Below the pieces are notes generated by a model. The model had not been told where the DNA came from, made no database searches, and saw only the letters and a list, made by a program, of their open reading frames with translations. This document shows positions 10,728-21,729 of a stretch of 64,000 nt of DNA, one piece after another. Origin of the DNA: Verrucomicrobiota bacterium (GTDB lineage: Bacteria; Verrucomicrobiota; Verrucomicrobiia; Opitutales; Seribacteraceae); contig JAYYQI010000052.1 in assembly GCA_036128475.1 (NCBI GenBank), positions 50,065 to 114,064 of the forward strand, read 5' to 3'. Both the position numbers and the translations under genes were made by a program. The stretch's first letter is position 1. The number at the start of each line of letters is the position of its first letter.

Positions 10728-11983
10728 GATTCACATCTGCGAAAAGTTACTACATTTTCGATGTGTCGCGTTTGGGGAAAAAGGTCAAAGGGCTGGACAT
10801 CAATGATTTCGTAGCCTCCTAAGATGAGACTTTTAGCATCTCTTGCTTGAGTTGCCGGATCGCATGACACATAGACAATTGTGTCTGGAGCAAAAGTTAT
10901 TGCTTGCAGAATAAAGCTAGGGTCACACCCTTTTCTTGGAGGATCGATTATAAGGCTTGCCGGGCGATGAGTTAGTTCTAGGTGACTGAAAATGGAGGAA
11001 GCATCCCCAAGTAAAAATTCAACATTGTTGATTTGATTTAATTTGGCGTTTGCTTGGGCTCCCTCGAAGCCCTCTCGGCTTATTTCGATACCGATTACCT
11101 TGTTAAAATGGGCAGCCCCTGAAAGCGCAAACAAACCGCCTCCACAGTAAGCATCAACCAGATAGTTCGAACCGCTTGCTTTAGCTGAAGAGATTACATG
11201 CTTTGTTAATCTTGGCAAAAGATACGGATTGTTTTGGAAAAATTCACCGGCTCTGAATTGAAAGATAAGATCATCAACTTTTTGCTCAACCAAACTTTTG
11301 GGGTCAGTAACAACCCCTCCCAAAGTATCTCGCAACAGTAAAGTTCCTCCTTTGCTTTTTTTCTTCAGTCGTTTGCTAATTTCATCGCGAGCACTGGGCA
11401 ACACCTCGTTAATTGCGTCGGTTGCTATTGGGCATGTTTCTACATCAACAAGAGCCTTTCGATTACCAAATTTCAAGAATCCGATTTCAAGAGGCATATC
11501 GGTTCTTTTTTTGCCATAATGTGGAGTTAGTTTAGAACGATAACCGTAAGTGGTGGGAGAGGCTATAGTAGGCTTGGCTTTAATATTAATACTTCCGATA
11601 CGGGCGAAGTTTTCCTCAACCTGTTGTTTTTTCCAAAGCAGCTGCCTTTCATATGACATATGTTGATATTGGCACCCCCCGCATATTCCAAAAAGAGAAC
11701 ATTTTGGCAGAACTCGATCATTGGATAGCTTAAGCACCTCGATGAAGTCTGCACTCGAATAATTGGAATGATTACGAAATATTCGGGCCCGTACTCTTTC
11801 CCCGGGTATACAAAAGGGCACTTGGATTACCCATCCCTTGTCTCGCCCAATTCCAAGTCCCAAATTTGAGAGGCTTTCAATTTCCAGATTCAAAATATGA
11901 TGATATGGGTATGGGTTTGGATTGAAACCTTTTGGCGAGTTTTGCATTATTTGGGTCTTAACGGGCTTAGTCCTTTCATGCAA
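10724..11983 (-). CDS. 23S rRNA (uracil-5)-methyltransferase, RlmD/TrmA family
   Basis: TRAM domain, CxxxxxCGGC Fe-S motif, FFQ, DAYCGGG, DPPRKG, YVSC, DLFPQT. Confidence 0.93.
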   Translation of the reverse strand: MHERTKPVKTQIMQNSPKGFNPNPYPYHHILNLEIESLSNLGLGIGRDKGWVIQVPFCIPGERVRARIFRNHSNYSSADFIEVLKLSNDRVLPKCSLFGICGGCQYQHMSYERQLLWKKQQVEENFARIGSINIKAKPTIASPTTYGYRSKLTPHYGKKRTDMPLEIGFLKFGNRKALVDVETCPIATDAINEVLPSARDEISKRLKKKSKGGTLLLRDTLGGVVTDPKSLVEQKVDDLIFQFRAGEFFQNNPYLLPRLTKHVISSAKASGSNYLVDAYCGGGLFALSGAAHFNKVIGIEISREGFEGAQANAKLNQINNVEFLLGDASSIFSHLELTHRPASLIIDPPRKGCDPSFILQAITFAPDTIVYVSCDPATQARDAKSLILGGYEIIDVQPFDLFPQTRHIENVVTFRRCES

Positions 11984-12003
11984 AATAGTTTTTCATTCAA
12001 CCT

Positions 12004-12807
12004 ATGAGAGAAAAAATAACAAGCGTTGCCAATTTGCGAATCAAGGAGTTGGTCCGATTGCGGAATTCGTCCAAGCATCGTGCTAAGTTAGGCTACTTTG
12101 TTGTAGAAGGAATAACCGAAATAAAAGCATTGATAGAAGCTGGTAAAGAATTGGAAGGAATCTTTTTTTCAATGGAAAGCTTAAGTGATCAAAAGTTAAA
12201 CAATCTAGTAGTGGGATTAGATCCAGCTATCCCTCAATTTGAATTATCAATTGAGGCGATGCGCAAAATTTCATACACAAAATCCAGTCATTCAATTGTT
12301 GGAATGACAAAAATCTGGAAACTGGACTTACCTCCTGTTGACAGAAAGATCCCGCCAGTGACATTAGTTTTGGATGAAGTGGAAAAGCCAGGCAATCTGG
12401 GAGCGATGCTTCGAACTGCAGAAGCTATGGGAGTTGAGCAAGTAGTACTTTCGGATTCCTGTGTAGATTTTTTTAACCCCAATGTAATTCGGTCCTCAAG
12501 AGGATTGTTTTCGGTTTTCCCAGTTGCCCAAGGAACTAAAACTGAAGTATGGGAATGGTTGAAAAAATCAGATTTTCAGGTGGTGGGAACTAGTTCAAAT
12601 TATGGAAAGAACATACATGAATTTCCATTTTCCTTACCCTTGGCACTGATAATGGGAAATGAAAAAGTGGGGCTCGGGTCTTTCTGGTTAGAGCACATAC
12701 AAAACTTTGTTGCCATACCGATGCTAGGTTCGGCTAGTTCATTAAATCTAAATGCCGCGGCCGCCTGCTCTTTGATGGAATGCAATCGTTTGACCGGAAG
12801 AGTCTAG
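12004..12807 (+). CDS. TrmH/SpoU family RNA methyltransferase
   Basis: PGNLGAMLRTA, MGNEKVGL, IPM.G..SSLN. Confidence 0.92.
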   Translation: MREKITSVANLRIKELVRLRNSSKHRAKLGYFVVEGITEIKALIEAGKELEGIFFSMESLSDQKLNNLVVGLDPAIPQFELSIEAMRKISYTKSSHSIVGMTKIWKLDLPPVDRKIPPVTLVLDEVEKPGNLGAMLRTAEAMGVEQVVLSDSCVDFFNPNVIRSSRGLFSVFPVAQGTKTEVWEWLKKSDFQVVGTSSNYGKNIHEFPFSLPLALIMGNEKVGLGSFWLEHIQNFVAIPMLGSASSLNLNAAAACSLMECNRLTGRV

Positions 12808-13799
12808 AGGGTCCGAAGCCAAGGAATCGTTTTCTCAAGAGCATCTTCCATTGAGATTACAGGATAGTATCCTAAATCCCTTTTGGCTGATTCATTAGAA
12901 AACCAATGGTCTTGGGCAAGCTGGCAGGCAACAAATCTAGTCATTGGAATCTCCCTACGAATACCTAAGACTTTCCAAGTTAACTCGGTAATTTTTCCTA
13001 TGGAATATGCCTTGCGAAAAGAAACGCACTTTTTTAAGGGAGGCAAATCCAGTTTGGGAAATAATTCATTCAGCCATCCCCAGAGCGAAATGGGTTCATC
13101 TTGGCCAATAAAATATGGATTTCCGCCTAGATTTTGATGTAAGAGTAATCTTTCCATTGCAAGCAAGTGAGCATGAACCACATTTTCGATGTGGGTTAGG
13201 TCAACCAGATTGTTTCCGTCGCCAACAATACGAAGCTTTTTTTCTCGATGTCTAGAAATTACCTTAGGCAGGAGATGTGGATCTCCTTTTCCCCAGAACA
13301 AGTGTGGACGCAGGGCAAGGGTTTGGAAAGTATCGGAATGATTTGACTCTAAAACCATTTTTTCAGCGAGTGCTTTAGTGTGGGAATAAGGAGAAATTTT
13401 ATTTTGGACATATGGAAGAGATTCATCTCCATTTTGAACTGGCTTACCGGAAAAAACTACACTGGGTGAGCTTGTGTATATAAAGGCGGATACGCTGGAA
13501 GATTCACTTGCCCGAAGAATATTTTTGGTAGCAATGAAATTAGCGGCATAATAATCAGAATATCTTCCACCAACTCCCGCTTTAGCTGCAGCATGAAAGA
13601 CCACTGATACATCTTTCATAATCTCGCGGGATAGCGTTTCCCGAGAAAGGTCACACTGATGATATGCGACTCCATCTATTGTATTTTTTTTAACTGGGGT
13701 CCTTCTAGTTACCACTTTAACTTCATAACTGGCTTTCAGCAATTTTTTGGTTAGAGCTCTTCCTAAAAAACCCGTTCCGCCCGTGACTAGGATTTTCAT
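12804..13799 (-). CDS. oleD: 2-alkyl-3-oxoalkanoate reductase (OleD-like, 3-beta-HSD family)
   Basis: VTGGTGFLG, HAAAKAGV, YTSSPSVVF, YSHTK, ALRPHL.WG.GDPHLLP, PMTRFVA.QL; ATGA-coupled to oleC. Confidence 0.8.
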   Translation of the reverse strand: MKILVTGGTGFLGRALTKKLLKASYEVKVVTRRTPVKKNTIDGVAYHQCDLSRETLSREIMKDVSVVFHAAAKAGVGGRYSDYYAANFIATKNILRASESSSVSAFIYTSSPSVVFSGKPVQNGDESLPYVQNKISPYSHTKALAEKMVLESNHSDTFQTLALRPHLFWGKGDPHLLPKVISRHREKKLRIVGDGNNLVDLTHIENVVHAHLLAMERLLLHQNLGGNPYFIGQDEPISLWGWLNELFPKLDLPPLKKCVSFRKAYSIGKITELTWKVLGIRREIPMTRFVACQLAQDHWFSNESAKRDLGYYPVISMEDALEKTIPWLRTL

Positions 13800-15460
13800 G
13801 AACCCAAGGAGTTTTTCTTAGTTGATAGGAGTCGCGTCCATTTTTTCGCTAATGACAGGCGATGAATTTTGGTGTTGTGCCTTGCATCAACAGGAAGGCT
13901 GTACTCACGAAAAATTTTGCTTATCTTGTATTTGGTGAGTCTTTCGTTGAATAAAAGAAGTAGTTCTTCCTTAATTTCCTCGAAAGTTTTATTTACCTTG
14001 TGATCTAGTTCTACGATTATGCACGGCTCTTTCGGATTTGCTTTTCCCAATCCAATGAGAGCCGATCGATATACTCCATCTACGCTATTGGCGATAGGCT
14101 CACACCTCTCCGTTTCCAGAATCCCCGCCGGTGTGTTAACGCATTCTACTTTTCTTCCAAGGAAGCGAAGCAAACCCATTTCATCCATATAACCAAGGTC
14201 GCCCATTCTGTGAAATGCCTTTCCATCGAAGATAAATCTTGAATCGCGTGTTGCACCGGGCATCCGATCGTATCCATCCGTCACAACCTTTCCCGTAACG
14301 CAAATTTCTCCTACTGTCATAGAGTTTTTGATTGGTTTTATGCGTTCTTCAAAATCATGAGGAACCGGACTATTTCTTGGTTGAATGAGCATTATTTCAA
14401 CACCAGTTACAGGTTTTCCCAAACAAGAACCATCACCCGAAACAATTGAATCGAAGTTAGCATTGACCACTGAGTGATCGCAAAAAGCTACGGGAAGAGC
14501 TTCTGTTGCTCCATAGGGTAAATAAATCCGGGCATTAGGTGCAACTTGTGATAATCTTCTGACTAGGGTCGGGTGGGTAGGTGCACCTGCAAGCATCAGT
14601 CTTTTTAAATGAAGAAGTTTGATCTTGTTGGATTCGCAATGTCTGGCAATTTTCTCACCGATGAGTGGTGAACAAAACGCAGTGGTTACCTGATAATCTC
14701 GGATGTTTTTTACCAATTTGCTTCCATCCGATTTAGCAGGTGATTTGGGATTCATGTTTGGTATGACCGAAGTAATTCCAAGGGCAGGATTAAATAGAGA
14801 AAAAACAGGTAAAGTGGTTAAATCAATTTCTCCAGGAGAGAGTCCGAATTCAGTTTTTAGAGCTAAAACTTGTGCTCTAAAATTGGAATGAAGGTATCGT
14901 ACTCCTTTGGCTAGTCCGGTAGACCCAGAAGTGAATATTATTGCAGCCAAGTCACTAGGTTTGGGGAAAAAAGTATCAAATTCATCCTCGCTCTTATTTG
15001 TCTTGCTGAATTTTTCGTAGGAATTCTTATTGATGATGATTTTCTTGAGGATTGACGAAAAAGTTCTTCTTAAGAAAATGGAAAAGAAGCCTACGAGGGG
15101 AATACTTACGAGTGCAGTGGGTTTTGAATGTCGTATGCATTGAATGGCTTTTTTAATTCCCATTCCAGGATCAACGATTATTGGTATGGCCCCAATATAT
15201 ATGATCGCCAGGCAAGTAATGATCAAATCGTAGCCTGGTTTTACCATAAGCAAAGTTCGATCACCCCTTTGTAATCCTTTCTTTCGCAATAAGTGAGCGG
15301 CCATTTGAGTTTCATTGAAAAGAGATGCAAAATCTTTTGTTTTGAACTTTGCTGAAGCGTGGATTATTGCAGGTTTGTTGGGGTATTTATGAGCAATTTG
15401 GGCTATATGCTCAATCAGGCTTCCGGGTTGCGAAGCGTTTCCCTGTTTCCCAGTAGTCAA
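13796..15460 (-). CDS. oleC: Olefin beta-lactone synthetase (OleC-like ANL enzyme); start likely TTG 15460 overlapping the trxB stop
   Basis: [53 protein letters not shown] (OleC-type PVD.RHN.KI). Confidence 0.82.
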   Translation of the reverse strand: MTTGKQGNASQPGSLIEHIAQIAHKYPNKPAIIHASAKFKTKDFASLFNETQMAAHLLRKKGLQRGDRTLLMVKPGYDLIITCLAIIYIGAIPIIVDPGMGIKKAIQCIRHSKPTALVSIPLVGFFSIFLRRTFSSILKKIIINKNSYEKFSKTNKSEDEFDTFFPKPSDLAAIIFTSGSTGLAKGVRYLHSNFRAQVLALKTEFGLSPGEIDLTTLPVFSLFNPALGITSVIPNMNPKSPAKSDGSKLVKNIRDYQVTTAFCSPLIGEKIARHCESNKIKLLHLKRLMLAGAPTHPTLVRRLSQVAPNARIYLPYGATEALPVAFCDHSVVNANFDSIVSGDGSCLGKPVTGVEIMLIQPRNSPVPHDFEERIKPIKNSMTVGEICVTGKVVTDGYDRMPGATRDSRFIFDGKAFHRMGDLGYMDEMGLLRFLGRKVECVNTPAGILETERCEPIANSVDGVYRSALIGLGKANPKEPCIIVELDHKVNKTFEEIKEELLLLFNERLTKYKISKIFREYSLPVDARHNTKIHRLSLAKKWTRLLSTKKNSLGS

Positions 15461-16386
15461 CTTTGCTCGGCAAGCCAGCGTTCGGCTTCGATGGCCGCTT
15501 GGCAGCCCATGCCTGCGGCAGTAATGGCTTGGCGATAAACATGATCCGCACAATCGCCCGCAACATAAATGCCTGGGATTGAAGTCTTAACCATACTTCC
15601 CTCTGAAGGTACTAAATAGCCATTTTCGTCCAGATCAAGAATGCCTTCAAATGGTTTTGTGTTGGGAGTGTGACCAATGGCGATGAATACACCTTTGCAG
15701 TCTAGATCAAAAGGCTCTTTTCCATCTAAGTTTCCAATTCTAACTGCTCGAACTTTTTCGTCTTCACCAGCTAAAATTTCTTCGAGAATCGAATTCCATT
15801 GAACCTTGATTTTATCATGAGCCAATACCCTTTCTGCCATTATTTTAGATGCTCTTAGGGAATTTCTTCTATGAATGAGAGTAACAGAGGAACAAAATCT
15901 CGTAAGAAAAAGAGCTTCTTCGCATGCAGAGTCACCGCCCCCCACTACAACCACATCCATATCACGATAAAATGCCCCATCACAAGTTGCGCAAGTGGTC
16001 ACTCCCTTCCCGCCGTACATTTCCATTTCACCTGGTATCCCAAGTAATCTTGGTGCGGCGCCTGTTGATATAATGACGGCTTTAGTCTCCATTTCATCAT
16101 TTCCACTTCTAAGAATCTTTGTATCAGATGAGAAATCCACTCCGTCTATATATGAATTCTTGACCCGAGCTCCAAACTTGAGAGCTTGCTTTCGCAAGCT
16201 ATCCATCAACATGTAACCGTCTACTCCATCAGGAAAACCTGGAAAGTTCTCTACCTCAGATGTCGTGGTTAATTGTCCACCAGGTTGCTTTCCCTCAATG
16301 ATTAAAGGGTTAAGGTTGGCTCGGGCGGTATAAATTCCAGCCGTGAATCCGGCACATCCGGTACCAAGAATGATAACATTTTCCAT
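15457..16386 (-). CDS. trxB: Thioredoxin reductase
   Basis: [35 protein letters not shown]. Confidence 0.97.
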   Translation of the reverse strand: MENVIILGTGCAGFTAGIYTARANLNPLIIEGKQPGGQLTTTSEVENFPGFPDGVDGYMLMDSLRKQALKFGARVKNSYIDGVDFSSDTKILRSGNDEMETKAVIISTGAAPRLLGIPGEMEMYGGKGVTTCATCDGAFYRDMDVVVVGGGDSACEEALFLTRFCSSVTLIHRRNSLRASKIMAERVLAHDKIKVQWNSILEEILAGEDEKVRAVRIGNLDGKEPFDLDCKGVFIAIGHTPNTKPFEGILDLDENGYLVPSEGSMVKTSIPGIYVAGDCADHVYRQAITAAGMGCQAAIEAERWLAEQS

Positions 16387-16452
16387 AATTTGATGATTGT
16401 ATTGTAAAATTGGATTGATGATCTTTGCGTATATTCAATAAAAGTCGAGATC

Positions 16453-17253
16453 ATGTCTTGGATTGATAGCCATTGTCACCTACAAAGTTTTCAAAAAAAA
16501 GGAGACCTTAATAAAGTCTTAGAGCGTTCGACAGAAGCTGGGGTTAAAAAGTTGATCGCAATTGGTACTTCCCCCGAAGATTGGCAAATTTACCGTGATT
16601 TAGCCTTTGCCCAGGAAGGACAGAATCGAATTTATCATACAATTGGATTACATCCTTGTTACGTTAAGGATGATTGGGATGAAATTTTGGAAGTCATGCA
16701 AACTTTCTTAAATGATAAATGTCGCCCTGTTGCACTGGGCGAAATTGGCCTTGATTATTTTCGCCTTCCTAAAAATAAAACTTTAAGGGAAAATGTGATC
16801 CTTGCTCAAAAGGATGCCCTGAGGAAACAATTAACTTATGCCAAATCCTTAAATTTGCCTGTAGTCGTTCATTCGAGAGAGTCCTTTGAGGATTGTATTT
16901 TAATAATAGAAAAAAGTGGAATTTCTTGGGCACAGGTTGTATTTCATTGCTTTTCGGGCGGAGAAAACGAGATTAAAATTCTTAACGAAAAGGGTGCACG
17001 AGCATCCTTCACCGGAATGATTACTTATCCACAAAACAAATATTTATTAAATGCCGCTTCAAAACAACCAATTGACTTATTGATGCTAGAGACGGATAGC
17101 CCTTATTTATCACCCGTCCCATACCGTGGACAGATTAATGAACCTGCGCGTATTCCTGAAATAGGAGACTTTATTTCAAAAAGCTTTGGTATTTGCATAG
17201 ATGAACTTTCTGAAGTTACTTCCCAAGCTACTGAGAGTTTTTTTGGATTGTGA
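16453..17253 (+). CDS. TatD family DNase
   Basis: DSHCH, GLHP, GEIGLDY, HSR, HCF, ETDSPYL. Confidence 0.93.
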   Translation: MSWIDSHCHLQSFQKKGDLNKVLERSTEAGVKKLIAIGTSPEDWQIYRDLAFAQEGQNRIYHTIGLHPCYVKDDWDEILEVMQTFLNDKCRPVALGEIGLDYFRLPKNKTLRENVILAQKDALRKQLTYAKSLNLPVVVHSRESFEDCILIIEKSGISWAQVVFHCFSGGENEIKILNEKGARASFTGMITYPQNKYLLNAASKQPIDLLMLETDSPYLSPVPYRGQINEPARIPEIGDFISKSFGICIDELSEVTSQATESFFGL

Positions 17254-17335
17254 GTAAACGCTTCAATATTTGTCGATCATTGTATTCAGTAATGAAATTC
17301 TTCAAAAAAAAGGTGTAAAGTCGTTTAAATTTGTT

Positions 17336-17341
17336 TATAAT
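17336..17341 (+). promoter_or_regulatory. Candidate sigma70 -10 box for the 17365 ORF
   Basis: Perfect TATAAT 23 nt upstream of the ATG; only a weak -35 (GTGTAA at 17-bp spacing). Confidence 0.3.
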
Positions 17342-17364
17342 ACTACTCCATCAATCATTCTACA

Positions 17365-18114
17365 ATGTCGGACGATATAATACCCACTGAAGACGATACA
17401 CAGCCGTTAACGGACAAAAAATCAACATCACCTTCCGAAAAGAAGAGATTGGCTCGTTCAGAGGTTAGAAAAGCCTTACGTGTTCAGCGTAATAAGTTAA
17501 TAGATCTGAGAAAGGGCATGAAGGAGGGTCAAGACTTAATTGACGACATAGATTCTTGCAGGGGTGAGATTGACCTTCTGATGAAGGAACTTCAGTCCAT
17601 TGAAGAGGGTGGACACACGACTTTTCTTTCAGCCAAGGAGCTTATAGCCCCTAAAAAAGATGTTTCATCCAAGAAAAAAACGATCAAGGAAGGAATTAAT
17701 AGTCTTCAGAAAGAGATATCTGCCATGGAGCAAAGTCTTTACAACCCCAATCTAGAGCAGAGAGAGAGAGATAGGATTATTCAGAAAATATCTGAGCGAA
17801 ACAAAGCGAAAGAAGACTTAGATGAGGAACTTGTTGCCTTAAAGCAATACAATCATACGAGATTTGTAGAAGCTCGTGATGAAAATAGAAAAAATATTGA
17901 ATTGGAAGAGAAGCTATCTGACATCGAATCCAATCTTGCTGACTTAGAACTGAAGCTACTTGATGCTGTAGAAGCACACGATCATGCATTAATGGAAGAA
18001 ATGAAGAGAAAAATTGCAGAACTACTATTAATTAAAGATACACTCATTAAGCCCGAAAAAGACCCTTTCCTTCAAGACGAAGACGAAACTGAAAAAGATT
18101 TATTAAAGGAGTAA
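17365..18114 (+). CDS. Hypothetical, highly charged coiled-coil protein
   Basis: E/K/L-rich heptad pattern over most of 249 aa. Confidence 0.7.
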   Translation: MSDDIIPTEDDTQPLTDKKSTSPSEKKRLARSEVRKALRVQRNKLIDLRKGMKEGQDLIDDIDSCRGEIDLLMKELQSIEEGGHTTFLSAKELIAPKKDVSSKKKTIKEGINSLQKEISAMEQSLYNPNLEQRERDRIIQKISERNKAKEDLDEELVALKQYNHTRFVEARDENRKNIELEEKLSDIESNLADLELKLLDAVEAHDHALMEEMKRKIAELLLIKDTLIKPEKDPFLQDEDETEKDLLKE

Positions 18115-18125
18115 AATTTAAGCGT

Positions 18126-19853
18126 TTAGTTTTTATTGTCTGCATAGATTGTTACTCGGGCATTTAAGCCCTTGATAAGTATTTTTGCCCTTTTTATTGC
18201 ATTCGCAGTTGAAAGGGTTGGATTACTCGCTGTGTAAGGAAAAATATTATTTCTGTTCATTCGATAAAGAAGCCCAGAATTTTTAAGTATTTTGAATAAA
18301 TCTCTTCTTAACTCACACAAAAGTAAATGGCAATTTTTCTCCTTTAAGTAATCGTCTAATTCTGCAAGGACCATCACTGATGTTGCATCTAGATGGCGAG
18401 CATGCAAAAGTTTTAAAATCAGCACCTTGATATTTTTAGAGTCACCAACCCGTCTCATTTGCTCGTAAAAAAGATCTGCAGCTGCAAATGACAAAACCCC
18501 TTCTACATGGACGATGGAAACTTCCGGTTGTATAGGTCTTGTTTTTTCAGAAAAGGATTCGAGTTCTCCATGTTCATTATATCCTTGTTCTTCAAGTTCT
18601 GGCTGAGAGACCTTCTTAAGTAAAAATAAAATGGAAGTAATCACGCCAACAAAAACGGCTATCTGTAGAGAAAAGATCAACCCAAAGGATAGTGTCACCC
18701 AGAAAGTAATGGCATCAGATTTGGTCGAGCGAGATACAATGTTGATTTGCCGTCCCTTAATCAGAGAAAAGCCTATAAACAGTACAAGGGTTGCCAAGGA
18801 GGGAAGCGGAATAAACTCGACTGTCTTTCCCAAAAGAAAGAAGCCTAAGAGAACGAGTAATCCAGTGTATATATTAGAATTACGAGTAGATGCACCCGAT
18901 TGTATGTTTAGAGATGATCGAGTGAGAGAGCCAGATGCAGGCATACAAGTTAAAAGAGAGCAGCCAATATTGGTTAGGCCTATGGAAAGTGTTTCTTTAT
19001 TGGTGTCAATTCGATCTCCCACTCTTGAAGCTAATGATTTTCCTATGGAAAGCCCTTCCAGCAAGCAAAGCAGTGACAGAGCTACGGATACCCAAAGGAT
19101 TTCTTGCCAATAATCAAAAAATAGATTTTTCGAGTTCGGATCAATAAGGACAAAATTTGACTCGAAGGAACTGAGTGTCGAAAACATCCAACCGTGTGTA
19201 GATAAAATAACTCCAATTAAAGAGCTTATAACCAGAGTTAGGGCCACATTGGGCAATATTTTGAATCTTGAATTAAGAAAGATGTAAATGATGGCTGTGG
19301 ACAAACTTATTGTAACAGCAGGCAAAGAAAGATCACCTATATGAATGAAGAGATGTTTTACCATCCCAGGAAAAGATGAAGCAGAATGATCTTCTGGGGG
19401 AGGGATGCCAATTATATGTTTGGTTTGGTTTGCAATGATCAAACATGCAGCGGCTGTTATATAACCCGTAACTACAGTTCGGGAAATAAATTTAACCATA
19501 TAAGAAAGCCTAAAGACATAAGCAAGAGAGAGAATTATTCCGGTAAGGCCGACAATCCAGGGCAATAGTCGAAGCCCATCTTTATCTACTTGACCATCAA
19601 TACCCACAAAACCAAGCCCAGCAAAGAAAGCGAAGAGAAGAACAGATGTTGCATTTGTAGGACCTAAAGTAATGAACCTGGAGCCACCGAAAACGGCTCC
19701 CAAAAAAACAGCCAATGAAGACGACAACATGCCGTAATGAATTGGCAGGCCAGCCACAAGGGCATAAGCCATACCTTGAGGGATCGCTAATAAAGATACA
19801 TTGAGAGATGATCTGAAATCATTCTTTATTTTTGACTGTGAATAATGTCTCAA
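18126..19853 (-). CDS. SulP/SLC26 anion permease with STAS domain
   Basis: AIPQGMAYALVAGLP, GPT, SGSLTRS, C-terminal STAS (LDATS). Confidence 0.93.
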   Translation of the reverse strand: MRHYSQSKIKNDFRSSLNVSLLAIPQGMAYALVAGLPIHYGMLSSSLAVFLGAVFGGSRFITLGPTNATSVLLFAFFAGLGFVGIDGQVDKDGLRLLPWIVGLTGIILSLAYVFRLSYMVKFISRTVVTGYITAAACLIIANQTKHIIGIPPPEDHSASSFPGMVKHLFIHIGDLSLPAVTISLSTAIIYIFLNSRFKILPNVALTLVISSLIGVILSTHGWMFSTLSSFESNFVLIDPNSKNLFFDYWQEILWVSVALSLLCLLEGLSIGKSLASRVGDRIDTNKETLSIGLTNIGCSLLTCMPASGSLTRSSLNIQSGASTRNSNIYTGLLVLLGFFLLGKTVEFIPLPSLATLVLFIGFSLIKGRQINIVSRSTKSDAITFWVTLSFGLIFSLQIAVFVGVITSILFLLKKVSQPELEEQGYNEHGELESFSEKTRPIQPEVSIVHVEGVLSFAAADLFYEQMRRVGDSKNIKVLILKLLHARHLDATSVMVLAELDDYLKEKNCHLLLCELRRDLFKILKNSGLLYRMNRNNIFPYTASNPTLSTANAIKRAKILIKGLNARVTIYADNKN

Positions 19854-19879
19854 GTTTAGATATGTGGTATAAACTTGTA

Positions 19880-21091
19880 TCAGGGATTGGATTTAGAGTA
19901 TGATGACTTTACTCTAGACCATCGGTTAAACAATTGATCATAATTTAGTTGAGTAGCTTCAAATTCAGCTTCAAGGGTTTTCAGTAGCTTGTATTTTGCA
20001 TTACCTTTTACTTTAGACAATTTTTCTTCGTTTAGGTCAACGATACGCGATTTTAATATGCTCACTCGCTGTAAGTTATTAATAGAAGTTGTTTTCAGAA
20101 ATTCGATCGCTTTAGCCACTTCTGTTTCTAATAGCTTGTGGTTGGATTTAATATTTTTATCTACCTCATTTTTAATGGCATTATCTAAATTATTTTTATT
20201 TAGCATGAGTTCTAGATTCTTTATAGAAGATAATATATCGGGAATACGACCAAAAGCGTAAATAGAACTGATGTGTGTATATTCATAAACATCATGGCCT
20301 TCTTTAAATACATCACCTACAGACTTTAAGTCATTTCTTATGGATATATTTTCTTCATTTAACTGGAGAATTTCAGAATTTATGGCAATGCTTTCAATAT
20401 TAGTATCCTTCGAATCAAGTGTATCTTGAAGTTCAACTTTAGTACGCCTAATTCTATTTTTTAGTGTGCTTAAATTATTTTGCATTTCAACAAACATAGG
20501 ATGCAATGGCTCATTTTTGCTTTCCTCAAGAAACTGTTCGTTTAAATTCTGCTTTACTGCTGCAGTAATTAAATCAGCTGCTTTTATTGAGTGACCTTTG
20601 CCCGTTATGTTAATTTGGTTATCGTTTTCTTTATCTATTGAAACGGAAAAAAGTCCAGATAAGATAGAACCTGAATTCTCTATATAAAACTTACTCTGAA
20701 AAGGTGCAAATAGTTGCTCCTTAACGGTAGGAAATGCATTAATCTTTTCGTGTAAAGATTTCAGAAACTTTTTGCCTTTGAGAACTTGTACAAAATGAGT
20801 CTTGCCCCAAGAGTCCACAGACTCAATGTTAATAGAAATGGTTTTTTCTGCCCATCCCGTTGAACTTGAAAATTTCAATCCCGTTGAATTTTTTTCTCTA
20901 TGGTTTGCCCTTGAATCAATGTTACTTTGGTTAGTAGTTGCAACGCTTACATTCTGTTCCTTATCACTTTCTGCAAGATGCTCCCACTTCATTTCATCCT
21001 CTACCTCCGACCTGAATGAACTGTAGAAGAAAATTGCTAAAGTTAACGCTATTAGAGATATGCATACATAGGTCTGCATTATTGCATGCAA
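19880..21091 (-). CDS. Hypothetical membrane-anchored coiled-coil protein, distantly Wzz/GumC-like
   Basis: N-terminal TM, INITGKGHSIKAADLITAAV segment, long coiled coil; AT-rich. Confidence 0.55.
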   Translation of the reverse strand: MHAIMQTYVCISLIALTLAIFFYSSFRSEVEDEMKWEHLAESDKEQNVSVATTNQSNIDSRANHREKNSTGLKFSSSTGWAEKTISINIESVDSWGKTHFVQVLKGKKFLKSLHEKINAFPTVKEQLFAPFQSKFYIENSGSILSGLFSVSIDKENDNQINITGKGHSIKAADLITAAVKQNLNEQFLEESKNEPLHPMFVEMQNNLSTLKNRIRRTKVELQDTLDSKDTNIESIAINSEILQLNEENISIRNDLKSVGDVFKEGHDVYEYTHISSIYAFGRIPDILSSIKNLELMLNKNNLDNAIKNEVDKNIKSNHKLLETEVAKAIEFLKTTSINNLQRVSILKSRIVDLNEEKLSKVKGNAKYKLLKTLEAEFEATQLNYDQLFNRWSRVKSSYSKSNP

Positions 21092-21154
21092 ATCCAGAAT
21101 TTAGTTATTTGCAATCCTTGAACGCATATATTCAAATAGAGATAATTAGTTATT

Positions 21155-21688
21155 ATGACTAAGGAAAAGTTCCCTGTTGAATATTCAAGGAATCTAACAT
21201 CGATTCAGAGATCTTTATATGCTTATATCCTTTCTCTTCTCCCAAATCGAACAGATGCCGAAGACGTTCTGCAGGAGACAAATTTAATTCTTTGTCAAAA
21301 GGCTTCCGAATATGACCCGGCAGGTCATTTCCAGGGTTGGGCATTTAAGATAGCAAGATTTCAGGTTATGAAGCAGATTACAAAAAATAAAAGGAGTAAA
21401 TTACATTTCAATAATGATATCGTTGAAAACTTAACCACAGATGACTTTGATCCTGAAAGAATAAGAATTACCCAAAAAGCTTTGCAATATTGTTATGAAA
21501 TTCTACCAGAGCATATGAGAACCGTTGCCAAAATGAGATTTCGGGAAGAGATGAATCTTAAGGAGATTTCAGTAAAGATCAAAAGGCCACTTGGCTCGAT
21601 TTCAGCAACCTTACACAGGATTCGATCCAATTTGAGCAAGTGTGTGCAGAATAAGATGTTGGCGTATAAAAGGGAGGCCGAATATTAA
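21155..21688 (+). CDS. ECF RNA polymerase sigma factor (Rhodopirellula/Verrucomicrobium type)
   Basis: LYAYILSLLP..DAEDVLQET, F.GWAFKIARFQV, region-4 HTH ending L.RIR..L..CV. Confidence 0.9.
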   Translation: MTKEKFPVEYSRNLTSIQRSLYAYILSLLPNRTDAEDVLQETNLILCQKASEYDPAGHFQGWAFKIARFQVMKQITKNKRSKLHFNNDIVENLTTDDFDPERIRITQKALQYCYEILPEHMRTVAKMRFREEMNLKEISVKIKRPLGSISATLHRIRSNLSKCVQNKMLAYKREAEY

Positions 21689-21729
21689 AAAAACAAAAAA
21701 ATATGTATTTTTTTTGATATCTCGCGCTA

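Noticed and set aside
15461-15553. N-terminal extension of the oleC ORF as listed in the track
   Set aside because: It overlaps the trxB coding region; the TTG at 15460 coupled to the trxB stop is more plausible
21694-21716. Inverted repeat CAAAAAAATA-TG-TATTTTTTTTG between sigma and anti-sigma as a terminator
   Set aside because: The stem is almost purely A/T, weak and expected by chance in AT-rich DNA
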